From assembly GCA_964016885.1 (NCBI GenBank), contig OZ024741.1, positions 76,322,001 through 76,386,000 on the forward strand: a DNA stretch of 64,000 nucleotides. Reading direction: 5' to 3'. Numbering within the stretch: the stretch's first letter is position 1; each line of letters starts with the position of its first letter. Of the stretch, positions 39,467-52,442 are shown one piece after another. A program made the translations under genes and the position numbers. The notes under the pieces are model-generated. The model saw only the letters and a list, made by a program, of their open reading frames with translations, was not told where the DNA came from and made no database searches. Origin of the DNA: Eledone cirrhosa (Eukaryota).

Positions 39467-40109
39467 ATTATTTCTGTTTATATCTATCATTATATAATCT
39501 CCATTTTCCTTGCTGTGAAAGCATAATGATCAGTTTGTGTGTGCTCACTTTATTCGTATGTTTTGTATATGTGGTATCCTTATGCATGTTTATCTGCACA
39601 TCTGTAGGTATATATGTACCATCATCATCACGATCTTTACATTCACCTTCCCATGCTCTTATCACTTCTGTACAGGTTTTCTTCAGCCTATTTCTATCAC
39701 ATCTAACACATCTTCACCTAATAATCAGATGTCTGTACAAATGCAATCTTCTCTCTTGCACACTACATCTGATTCTTCTATTTCTAATAATTATTCCCTT
39801 TATTGTTTGTCCTTGTTCTATGATGTTAGTTTTTTCATTGCACTAATGTATTAATGTGACACTCTCTTGTATATTAACCTCATTTCAAGTTCTTTTTGCT
39901 CATTGTTATTCTTTCTCTGAATGTGGCTATGACAGTCATTAGAATGGTGGATAGAATGATTTGTTGTTTTGTTCCAGCTCTGTGTATTTTGAGTTCAAAT
40001 CCTGGTTAACTTTGCATTTTGTACTTTAGAGGTTGATAAAGTACCAGTTCAGTACTGTGGTTGATTATTCTATATCTCTTTCTCACTTCTCTTTCTTTCC
40101 ATTTTCAAG

Positions 40110-40255
40110 CTATATCAGCTAGGTCCTTGATAAACTAATTTACTTCATGACTTATCAGTTAGGTCTTTGATAAATCACTTTACTTCACCACATATCAGTT
40201 AGGTCCTCAATAAATCACTTTACTTCTCGACATATCAGCTAGGTCTTTGATAAAC
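40110..40255. repeat. ~40-bp tandem repeat (about 3.5 copies)
   Basis: ATATCAG(C/T)TAGGTC(C/T)TTGATAAATCACTTTACTTC... repeated. Confidence 0.8.
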
Positions 40256-40945
40256 CTATTGAGTAGGAATTGTTGGAGGGAATTGATATGGCAGTAATGA
40301 CAATTTTCAGCATTTGACACAAAATCCAACATATAAATATGGAAGATTTGGCAAAGTCACTTAATGGTAAAAGCTTCCTGCTTGCATAAAACCATCACTC
40401 ATTAACCATATCTTGCAGCCATAAATAAAAATAGTGTGAGTGAATGTTTGATAGCTGCAGATTTTTGTGAATAGCTAGATATGCTTTATTTCACATTGCT
40501 TTTCATGATAGGATTGAGTCTCCTATCATTAAAACACTCAAGAAACCTCCTTTGAGATAAAAATATCATTGGAGGCCAGCTAAACCTACATAGGTGTGAG
40601 CTTTATATTTAATTTTTCATTACAGTGGATATAAACTTAAACCCATTAACTTGGATATATGTATCTATACATCTTCATATACAGATATATGTATTCAATA
40701 TATTTATGTAAATATGTGTGTATATAAAGTAGGTATCTATGTATCATACTCACAAAAATACATTCTCACTACACACACACATATATACATATATATACAT
40801 GTGTGTGTATGTGTGTAAATATATAGTCAAAGATATTTCATGTGCCAATGTGAAAGACACTCAACATGAAGAATATATATAGGGATTGTAACATCCAGTT
40901 ACTATAGGTTCACCAGAGTGAGCACTCGATGCTCCTGTAAGTATA

Positions 40946-41042
40946 GAGGTCTGACGAGCTTTTGATTCCAGAGTCTGGCTAGATCGATACAGATCGAACT
41001 TTGAGCTAATCGATAGTGAAATGCGCATCACTACTCAATAAA
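40946..41042 (+). ncRNA. Hammerhead-ribozyme-like element
   Basis: CTGACGA-GCTTTTGATT...AATCGATAGT-GAAA-TGCGCA-TC followed by AATAAA; core intact, stem I weak. Confidence 0.55.
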
Positions 41043-41306
41043 CATAACGAAGTCACAATAAATCATCCTTCTTATTATTTTATATATATATATATATATA
41101 TACACACACATACATACATACATACATACACATAAGTTTAAGTACAAACAAAAGAAAAGCACAATCAACACAATATGGAAGTTGTAAATATTTATATAAA
41201 CAGTTTGATTTTTGTTTTTTTGGCATCACCAAAGAGTTTTGTGGTGTAAATAAGAGCAACTCTTTCAGTAGCAATAAAAGAAAAATATTGTCAAATTGTT
41301 TATATA

Positions 41307-41345
<39 letters not shown>

Positions 41346-41584
41346 TGGCTGCCAACTCGTTTTCGAGTACGGCCACTACTTTATATCCATGTAGGAGAAC
41401 CCCTACCGATGCGCTGAACGAGTGTGACTTTTTAGTCCAGCCAATTATTGACACATAAAAACAAAACCTGTCAAAGGGCAAAGGAGCTCTTAAGAGTCAA
41501 TGGCCATCCAAAATCACTGGGAGAGATGACCTCTTAGCCTTTGTCAAGGCAGAATTCTAGGAGAAGGAAAACTCTGATAGATAT

Positions 41585-41635
<51 letters not shown>

Positions 41636-42531
41636 TACATTTAATAATAGAATGCTTGTTCAATCATTGCTTTTATTAGTTTCCAAAACCCTAAAACTGG
41701 TTGAGTACTCAGTCAGACACCGACTGACACCACATCACGTGCCCTTTTTCAACAAAGATCTCTTGAAATCAAAAGTAAACGTGATTGAAGAGGATGAGTA
41801 TGTGTCGTGTGGAGAGCTTGTAGGCATTGCTGGGTGGTTAAGATGTTTGCTTTGCTATCTCATGATTCTCTGTTCATTCCCATATGCGTCTTCTATTACA
41901 TAGTATATATATACCACAGCTGTCATTTGCAATCGAGTATGACTTGGCAGTATGAACCATGCTTTTGCTAAGGGTAATGGGTGCTTGTGTAGTTGTGTGC
42001 AGACACCTCATGACTTTCCCTTACTTCATCCAGTGGAACATCCAGGATGTGACAGCTGAAGAGAGAGAAGGCTGCATCAGTAATGGGCTGGTACTTCCTT
42101 TATCAACTATGAAAGGATGAAAGACAAAATGTAGGATTTGAACTCAGAAGGCAAAGAGCTAGAAAAAAATCCAACACTCTAATGACTCTACCAAATCAGC
42201 TAACCATATGTATGCGTGTGCATGTGTGATTATGTATTAATACAACATTGCTAGTTGAAACAAAACTGGTTTTGAGTTCAAAATAGTAACGTAATCGTGA
42301 CTAATCCTTAATGTCAGTATCCCATCATGACTGTAGTTAGATAAGAAAGCACACTATGTATATACACACATATTCATCCATACATGTATATATGTATATA
42401 CACACATATTCATCCATACATGTATATATGTGTCATCATTTTATATCCACCTTCCAGGCTAGCCTGAATTGTGAAGGTCCAAGACCAGATAGTTCAAGGG
42501 GATCTGTCTTTTGTATATAAATGTGTGTGTG

Positions 42532-42897
42532 TTAGAAAATATAGGAATCCCAAATAAAAAAATAACTAACAACAGCCGATTGCTATAAACAATAGCTGGC
42601 AAAATAACCCTAAAGAGATAAAAAGAGTGGTTAGCTGGTTACGGAGAATCGAACTCCATATCCCTCGAGTTCTGGCTGTGTGCCATACCATTATACTTAA
42701 AGAGCTGCTGACATTTAGCTTAATGGTAAAGCACTTGGCTAGAATTTGAGGGATACAGAGTTTTATTCTTCATAACAGTGGCTGGCTACCCTTTTTCCAT
42801 CTCTTGGGGTATTACATCCAATTTCCTAAGTTATTATTTATAGCAATCAACTGTTGTTAAAGTTATTTCCTGCATTTGGGATTCCTACATTCTCTAA
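42532..42897. repeat. Foldback element made of two divergent tRNA-like heads
   Basis: Imperfect inverted arms; inner parts carry A/B-box-like sequences pointing outward. Confidence 0.7.
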
Positions 42898-42981
42898 AAT
42901 TTTAAGTCACCCAGCATTTTGATTGTTTGTAAAAAAAGTTTGCACAGTCATATATATATGTGTGTGTGTTTTGTTGAATTG

Positions 42982-43086
42982 CCAGTCTGATGAGCAGATT
43001 GATACTGGAGTCGGGTCCATAACTTCTGTGGGTGACCTTGAGCCAATCCTCTGCAAAACGTGCTTAACAGATTGATACGCAATAAA
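42982..43086 (+). ncRNA. Degenerate hammerhead-ribozyme-like element
   Basis: CTGATGA-GCAGA...TCTGC-AAAAC (GAAA mutated), then AATAAA. Confidence 0.45.
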
Positions 43087-43129
43087 AACCTAAATGCATG
43101 TAAACGAAACTACATTGCTTTTCTTTATA

Positions 43130-43279
43130 CAAGGAGATGCTGAAAGGTTTCTGGCTTTGAGTAAAAGAAAATACAGGAGGATCAGTTAATTATGATTTTA
43201 TTCAACATATTCCCCTCTCAGATTCACACACTTACTGCAGCGATCCTTCAGTTTTTCAATCCAGGAACTTTTCAGCACC

Positions 43280-43284
<5 letters not shown>
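43130..43284. mobile_element. Tc1/mariner-like MITE
   Basis: TIRs CAAGGAGATGCTGAAAGGTTTCTGG / CCAGGAACTTTTCAGCACCCCTTA with flanking TA. Confidence 0.7.
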
Positions 43285-43333
<49 letters not shown>

Positions 43334-43815
43334 CTTAAAAATATTAATAAATATAGACATTCATGTGATCAAATATATTTTATTATACATAATTCAGAGG
43401 TACTGAGCTATTTCATCAGTATGTCCTCATCAGATAAAATAAATTGATGTCTGACATACCTTGACTGTGCTGATGGTTCAAATCCAGTCTTGGATATATA
43501 TATATTTAATATTTATACTCTGCTATATATTTAGTTCCTTACTTACTGAGGTTACCCCCGATTGAACTCGGGATACACGCATACACTCAAACATTTTGTT
43601 TACTACCCCTCTTTTATTGTTGGCAAATGTACTTTATAACATCATCACAAGACTTTGTATTGGCTTTGTTTTGGGAATTTGAGTTTTGATTTATATGTTA
43701 TCAGTTATATGTTTATTTTGTTTATGACATGTGTATATTGTGTGTGTTTATCTTAGCATTGTATCAGGATATGAATGTTGCTAACACTCTATCAGAGGCT
43801 CATTATGTATTTACA

Positions 43816-44003
43816 TGAGGGCGGTGAATTGGCAGTATCGGTAGAGGGTCGGACGCCATGCTTTCCAGCATAGTTACGTCCCTTTATGATCTGAGTTCAA
43901 ATCCCGCCGAGGTTGACTTTGCCTTTCATCCTTACGGGGTCGATAAAATAAAGTACCAGTAATGCACTGGATAATTGCTGGCCTTGTGCCTAAAGTAGAA
44001 ACA
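43816..44003 (+). mobile_element. Full-length SINE family 2 copy with 14-bp TSD
   Basis: TSD ATTATGTATTTACA at 43802-43815 and 44004-44017. Confidence 0.92.
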
Positions 44004-44897
44004 ATTATGTATTTACAATAAGAGCAACACACCACAAATCACAAAACAAAGCTGTATATGAAAATACTAATGGTCAATAAATCTATATTATACAGAATTC
44101 CCAACAAAAATAGCTGATTAATTATGAAAGTTGTACTCCTATCGTAATACAATAAGTTAAACACACACCAGCAGTATATACACATCATAAACAAAATATA
44201 CATGTAACTCATGTATAAGTGTAAATTTGAAATTCTACTAATAAGACCAACACAGATTCTAGCAATGAATATTGTGTGTGTTTATCTTAGCATATATAAA
44301 TACACAGAACTCTGAAATTAATATATCATCATCATCATTTAATGTTTGTTTTTCTTGCTAGCAAGGGTTAGAGAGAATGTCCTAGGTTAATAGCTTCAAT
44401 TAAGTACTGACTTGATCTGAGATGACTTGTCCAACCCTTGCTAGCAGGAAAATAGACATTAAATGATGATGATGATTGATATATTAGTTTCAGAGTTGTA
44501 CTTGTCTGGAAAATGACTTAATATAAGACCATGTGTTGAAATTATAATATGGAAGAGTTAATTTAACCATTTAAAAACACAAAAACTGTTAACTTTACTT
44601 TATATTTATTGTTTATTTCTTATTGTCAAAATGTTCATCATATTGTCTGCCACTTGCAATGGAAGTGTATCAGCAACCAGGTTGCAAACAATGCAACAAA
44701 AATTTTGACACCAAGAAATAAATTATAAATATGAAGAAAAGTTAAGTTTTTGTGTTTTATAAATAGCTAAAATGATTCTTTTATGCTGTAATTACTACAT
44801 ATAGTTTGTTTATAGCTTTAAGAAAATGTTTATGTAGTTCTTTTCAGCATGTCATGTTTTGTTACCTTTTTTTCTTTATTTCCCCTTGATCTTGCAG

Positions 44898-44915
44898 TAT
44901 ACATCAAATGAACAA
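44898..44915 (+). CDS. EPS8: Candidate 18-nt EPS8 microexon (YTSNEQ)
   Basis: Long polypyrimidine tract + TTGCAG acceptor, GTCAGT donor, phase 0-0; no homology evidence. Confidence 0.45.
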
Positions 44916-45190
44916 GTCAGTTCATTTTGACTTCCCTGACATCTTTGGGGGGTACTGAATTCGACAGAGATCCTGCAGGTTGGAACTTCTGCATTTGTTC
45001 ACTGTTTTGCTGTTGCTATCGCTGCTACTGTTCTTATTCTTGTTATTCATGTTGTTGTTGCTAGTAATTAGCATGTGCAATTTAAGAGTTACCAGTCAGT
45101 GTTTGATGTATATTAAGGAAACAAACAAAACGCAAAGGTTGTTTTTAGTATTTTTGTGTGTGTCCTTGCATGTATGTGTACATTTTGTAT

Positions 45191-45449
45191 TTAACTCTTT
45201 TGATACCAAAACACATGAAACCAACTCTGGTTCTACGATACAAAATTGCATTAACATGCTTATATTTATCTAAAAACTTTGATCATAATTTTATGTAACA
45301 ACATTTGTTGAGTTGTGTTCCAAACACCAGTTTAATAATGAGGGAGTTAGTTACATCACAAAATCCCTAAAATTTTTTTATTATTTTCAAAATTATTTCA
45401 AAATCATTGGCAGTATCTGTCATTAGAAATATGGTATCAAAAGGGTTAA
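45191..45449. mobile_element. piggyBac-like MITE (TTAA-flanked); decayed relatives near 8321-8650, 13929-14165, 35232-35670, 54749-54987
   Basis: TTAA-CTCTTTTGATACC ... GGTATCAAAAGGG-TTAA termini; internal sequence shared among copies. Confidence 0.7.
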
Positions 45450-46386
45450 AATACACATCTAATTGAAAATATACAGCATACATATGTGTATGTTGTATTA
45501 AAAATATAACAAATAATAAAGCAAAATGTTAATATCAATTGAAATACTGAATGGATATAATCATATTTTAACCATTTATCTCTTATTTAAAAAGTAATAA
45601 TTAACAAATATTAATTAGTGGTCTTTTTTATTCTTTCTGATAAACTATATTTTATTTTACTTTTGCAATTAACAAACAAATTAAGAAAACAATGTCGGGG
45701 AGAAAAAGTCATGAAGTTACATATAGTGTCACAAATACTGTAATCTGGAATTTTAGTACTAAACGTTATATATAACAAAATAAAAGCAATTTACGATATC
45801 ACAACTACAAGACTAAGTTTATTGTGATTATATGTATCATATATACTTGTGCATAAGTTACACCAGGAGATGAGGCATACCTACATTTTATATACAATTT
45901 ATTCACAATGTACCATATATTTTCTGTAGGTCCAGTAAATCAGTTCCATGTGGGTTTTCCATGTATTTTTGTGGAAAACTCCAACTTATGCATAAGAATA
46001 TATGGTAGTTACATCTGTTTTGTTATTCTGTGATAATCTTGTATACATATTTTGGTAAACAATTTTAATGTATCGAGAAGTGTGTGTGTGTGCATGTATA
46101 TATATGTATATGCCTATACATACACACACATGAAGTTATATATAAATATATATATATCAGAATGGATGCAGTAAAAAGCTGTTGACCATTACTCACCAGA
46201 GTACTCAATATTTAGGGTAGTAGAGTGGGTAATATGAAGGATTCGGACCTAGCTGTTGAAACGGCAGGAGCTCAACCATTGGGTTCCCAAATCCTTCACA
46301 TATATATATATATTTCGTTTCTGAATTTGTTTAGCAAGATTCTTTATCTGAAATCGTGTGTTGGCAACATGACCCTCCCAAAGTAT

Positions 46387-46445
<59 letters not shown>

Positions 46446-47321
46446 GAAATGTCTGTGAACTTAGTGTTAAACTCCAGGCTACAAGTCCTACAAATCTTAT
46501 GCCAACTATTGTTAAACAACACAGTTTATTTTGTTTACTCCAGTTTGTCTGCCACACCCCAATCCCCTCTCCCCGAGTTCCAGGCTTGCCTCATTGAGGT
46601 GTTGTTGGTAATAAGAGCACTTTGCTGTTAAAACAATTGCCCCAATAAAACAAAAACGTCCCAGCCATGCAAGATTGGATAAATGGAGGTAAAACAAAGA
46701 CATACACACACACACTCTGTAAAGTGGTAGTACTAGTGCAGTAATAAAATGCACCCAGTACACCCTGTAAAGTGGTGGTACTAGTGTCATGATAAAATGT
46801 TCCCAGTACAGCTGTGGTCACAATAAAATGCACCCACTGTACCCTGCTAAGTCTTAGCACTGGTACACTTCTGTAAAGTGATAGCACTGGTGCTTTAATA
46901 AAATGCACCCAGTACACACTGTAAAGTGGTAGTACTGGTACCACAATGAAAGGGTATCCAGCAATAGAAACCATGCCAAAATATGGAATGGATGAATAAC
47001 ACATGGTCTCCTGACCTGTCTAATCTCAGAGCATGTCAAGCCCATGCCAACATGGAAAATGGATGTAAAATGACGATGATGATGATGACATTTACTTATT
47101 CATTATCTTTTCATTTAATTGGGTGAATGTATGTGTGTGTGATATACACCAACCAAACAGAATTTTTTCTTCACTTATGTTGCTAACCAGGTTATATACT
47201 ACGCCTGAGTCATGAGAATAATGATGATGATATATTTAATGTTGCTTCACGCTGTATATGTCATGTGCTTCTCTTTCTGAATGACATATGTATGTCTGTA
47301 TTTATCTGTCTACTGTGTGTG

Positions 47322-47400
47322 TAGGGTGTCTTAAAAGTCACTATCTGTTGTAAATAGCAATATGTATACCAAAATGGAATATGACTTTTGAGACACTCTG
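47322..47400. mobile_element. Tiny Tc1/mariner-like MITE
   Basis: TAGGGTGTCTTAAAAGTCA ... TGACTTTTGAGACACTCTG inverted termini. Confidence 0.6.
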
Positions 47401-47723
47401 GAGGTATACGAGAGACTTGAGTGCACTCTTCAAACCAGTTTTCAAGTGTGCACGTAAGTATGAAACTCCTGACCCTGAGTCACTGGTATACCTTCATAGC
47501 TTTAATAAGACACACATCACTCTACCTATGTATTACGTTTTATTCTGCCCATTGTGTGTGAAGTTATATCTGTATATATATAGAGAGAGAGAATAGAGGT
47601 AACCGAAACTCATAAATGTGTATATAAATTTACACATTTTTAGTTTATAGACATGTAAATATACATATTTCCCTGTAAATTGAAAAAGGATAAACACTGT
47701 TAATCAATTTTCAGACCTAGCTT

Positions 47724-47765
<42 letters not shown>

Positions 47766-47839
47766 GATTTAGACATATATCTTTGTTTCAGTGTTGGATT
47801 TAAGCTGTTAATACATATATTAATGAGTGTGTGTGTGTG

Positions 47840-47880
<41 letters not shown>

Positions 47881-48554
47881 GTGTGCACCTATGAAGCACT
47901 GTGATCGCAATATCAATATTATTTTAACCAAATATAAAAACAGCATAGTGACCATAGAGGAGAAGGTCATGTTACTATGTCTCAGTCTATGTAGGTGAAA
48001 AACAAAGCAACTATTATACGCACACTGATTTTATCTTACATTCGATAATACTGGAAAGAGTTATTCACTTTTAAATGTGTTTACATCAAATAATCATACT
48101 GGCATAGGTTAGACAGGTTGTCATATTTTGAGATTTGACAAATCCTATGACCACATTCCATTCCTACACAGAATGTCACACATGTGAAACAAAATGTGTA
48201 ATATTGCAATATAATGGATGTGTGCTTAAGGAGTTTGCTTCACAACCATATGGTCTTAGATTCCGTCCCATTTTGTGTTACCTTGAGCAAGTGTTTTCTA
48301 CTATATAAGCTTCAGGTTGAACAATGCCTTGTAAGTGAAATTTACAAAAGCTCATTATATATATGTGCACACATATATATGTCCTGTAAGCTAGCAATTC
48401 AACAAAAAGAGATCGATAAGTACCAGACTTGAAAACTATAAAAAAAGCACTGAAGGTTGATCTGATTTATTAATTCTCTTTAAAATGGTGCCCCAGCATG
48501 GCCTCAGTTTAATGAGTGAAACTAAAAAAATAAGAAGTATATATATATATATAC

Positions 48555-48630
<76 letters not shown>

Positions 48631-48965
48631 TTCTGAATATAAGTTAACTTATATTCAAAACCAAAGTACTTCTATAAAACACCTAAAACCCAATAAAGTT
48701 AACTCTCTGCTTTATTTTCCTTGTTCTTTTAATATATGATTGATATATTTAATCCTAGAAATAAAGTAAGTTATGATAGATCAGCATGGAAAGCCAGGCA
48801 GACCCCACCATGATAAAATGCACCCAGTATACTCTGTAATGTGCATAAATATATGTGAGATTTGGCTCCCAGCCCATCTGAGAAGTCAGCACCAATTCAA
48901 TACACACGTGGTATGTGACAATCCATCTAACTCTAGCAGGGAGAACAGATGTTAAATGACGGTAA

Positions 48966-49016
<51 letters not shown>

Positions 49017-50027
49017 TATGTGGATTAGTGGTTAAGATGTTGGTCTTACAATCATTAGGTCATGAGTTTGATTTCCAGACCAGGATTAGATGGGTTGTCA
49101 TTTTCTGAAACTAGACAGGTCAGATAATGGTGTCTCACTCATGCATTCCATTCTGCCATCGTTTCTATTGCTAGATGCTATTTCAAATGCCAACCACTTC
49201 ATGACATGTATCAGGTGCATTTTATTGTTGAACCAACAGTACCACCTGACAGGTTGGACTTAGTGCTTTTTATCATGGCACTACCACCACTACTTCAGAG
49301 ACTGGGCTCAGTGCACTCTATCGTAGCATCAGCGCCCACTTCAGTGTGGGCTGAGTGCATCCTATTGTGGCATCAGTTCTATCATCCAATTGTCTGGGCT
49401 ATGTGCATTTTACAGTGGCACCATATATGTATATATATATTAAGAAAATCCTGTTATGACATTTCAAAGGTACAGAAAAGTTATTATTCAATGTATTGAA
49501 TAATTGTTGAATAACAACCATTCTGTACCTTTGAAATTTGCATAACAGGATGATGTAATGGAATAAAACAATTTTGAATATGTGATACCATCTCTCTTCT
49601 TTTTCTTAATATTGATACACCGCCTGGTGCCATACATATAATACCTTGTGGCATCCATGACATCGAGTGCTTCCACTTGATTACAACATTGTTGGTCAAA
49701 TAATTGGATCAGCCAACACTGATTATCATAATATATATATATATATGTTTTGACAAATATTGTATTGAATTTAAAATCAACTGAAAATAAATAAAATTAA
49801 AATTAAATTAAATTAAAAAATAAAACCAAGAATCATATTAGATGGAATGGTTTTGTTGTGTATAACATCCTAAAAGATTTTTAACCTTTTTTCTTCCACT
49901 TACAATTACACTATTAACATTTCTCTTTTTTTCTTAAAAAATCGTATTTTATGTGTAAATTTGAAAAATAAAATAAATTCTAAAATTTGCTGAAATTTTG
50001 TTAACACTTTTTGAAAAATATAAAACT

Positions 50028-50281
50028 ATGTATGTATGTATGTATGTATGTATGTATGTATGTATGTATGTATGTATGTATGTATGTATGTATGTATGTA
50101 TGTATGTATGTATGTATGTATGTATGTATGTATGTATGTATGTATGTATGTATGTATGTATGTATGTATGTATGTATGTATGTATGTATGTATGTATGTA
50201 TGTATGTATGTATGTATGTATGTATGTATGTATGTATGTATGTATGTATGTATGTATGTATGTATGTATGTATGTATGTAT
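50028..50281. repeat. (ATGT)n microsatellite
   Basis: Pure tetranucleotide array. Confidence 0.97.
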
Positions 50282-50347
50282 AAAGGTTAAACATGGTTCA
50301 ATGAATAAATCAAAGAATAAAGTTTTACAATAGTCCGGAGTTATTAA

Positions 50348-50615
50348 TATTAATTCAAAATATTAACAAAAATAGACATTCGTGTGATCAAGTATATTTT
50401 ATTATACATATTTCAGAGGTACTGAGCTATCTTCAACAATACATCCTCATCAGATAAAATAAGATGATATCTACTTAGTCAGGGTATGTCATGCATCATC
50501 TTATTTTATCTGATGAGGACGTACTGTTGAAGATAGCTCAGTACCTCTGAAATATGTATAATAAAATATACTTGATCACACGAATGTCTATTTTTGTTAA
50601 TATTTTGAATTAATA
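50348..50615. repeat. Near-perfect palindrome (~121-bp arms, 26-nt spacer)
   Basis: 50348-50468 is the reverse complement of 50495-50615; a single-arm relative lies at ~43335-43445. Confidence 0.92.
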
Positions 50616-51903
50616 TATATATATATATTTATTTCATGTAGTTATTATATATCCTTTTCTGTTGAAAATTAAAGGAAAAAGAAAAAAAAGCACCCACCAG
50701 GGTTGATTTTGATTTTTTCTGTCACCCCTCTGGAAGTTATAAGACAAATATGCTCTGGTGGACTGGTTTAATAAACTCTGTTTCCTTTCATGACACTAAA
50801 TGTTTTTAGCCTTTGTTTCAATGCTAGAAGTAAATATGTTGCCATTCAGTTGTGAGTCTGTTGGACTTTTGTCAGTTTTGATGGCAAGTGTTCTAGTTGT
50901 TCAAACAAATCAACAGCCTGCTTATGAAAATAATGTGCAAGTGGTCAAGAATTCCACAAATATGTGCACCTTTGAGCAACATGAAATAAATGGCCTTTCT
51001 TGCTCAAAGACACATTTCACCAGGAATCAAACCCATGACCTTGAAATTGTGAGCCAAACATCCTAACCACTAAGCCATATGCCTTCACTCTTCAATTGTG
51101 AATATTTAGATGAATATAAAGTATAACCATCAGTATTATATCTGCTTATCCATCCTGGCATGGTTTGAATGAACATTTTTGAGGCATTCTTCTATGGCCA
51201 AATGTTCTTCCTGGTGCCAACCCATACTTCATAGCTAATTATGGTATATACCACTGACATTGGTTTATGTGGAATATAAACAAATGTGACCACTGCTTTA
51301 AACAGTCTTTATATGATCACACAAACATCTATCTATATATATATATATATATAATGTATAGATGTGTGTCGATCGACTTTTGTCAAATCAGACCAAGGAA
51401 ACAATGTTTCCATGGTCTTTCTAATTGCTAATACTATCTATCGAGCACAACTCCAGGTAGAAGGAACATAATGCATTACCTAGTCCGGAAATCAAACTCA
51501 CAATCTCACGATTGGAAATTCAATTCTCTAACCACTCAGCCATGTGCCTTCAAATATATATATATATATATAGATCTAAATATCTAAATATATATATATA
51601 TATAGAGATATAAAGCCTCCAAAACTATAATGATCCCCAGAAAGAAAGCCGATGAGCAGGAATTGTCCATGTGCTTGTTTGTCTCTTCCATGTTTTCTAT
51701 TTCTTCCTATATTTCTCCCACATGATTTTTTTTTAATGATATATACATATATATATATATATATGTATATACAGGATATAAAAGAAAATTTCTTGTAACA
51801 AAAAATTCTTTATATTGAGATCGACCTAACACTTTGACCGTGTGGCTGGGGATTGAAAAAAATTTTGTTATACTGAAAAATTTATTAACAGAATTTTACG
51901 CGT

Positions 51904-52259
51904 ATCATTTCATTTCATTTCACGTCCGCTTTTCCCTGCTTGCAAGGGTGGGACGGGAACTGATGCTGGCTTGATTTCTACAGCTGGATGCCATGATTTC
52001 TACAGCTGGATGCCATTCCTAACACCAACCTCATTTACAGTGAGTGCTGGGTGCTTTTTTGCCGTGGCACCTCCACGACCACTTTGCAGTGGAATGATAG
52101 GGATCCCAGTCCATATCATCTTTCTACAGCTGAGTAAACTGGAGCAATATGAAATAAAGTGTCTTGCTCAAGGAAACAACACATCACCCGGTCTGAGAAT
52201 TGAACTCATAACCTTTCAATTGCAAGGCCAATGCTCTAACCAGTAAGCCATGTGCCTCC
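51904..52259 (-). mobile_element. SINE family 1 copy (antisense)
   Basis: Reverse complement of 27103-27432 with a short internal duplication. Confidence 0.88.
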
Positions 52260-52263
52260 ATAT

Positions 52264-52297
<34 letters not shown>

Positions 52298-52403
52298 ATA
52301 CACACGTGTTTATATATATATATATACACACGTGTTTATATATATATATATACACGTGTTTATATATATATATATACACACGTGTTTATATATATACATA
52401 CAC

Positions 52404-52442
<39 letters not shown>

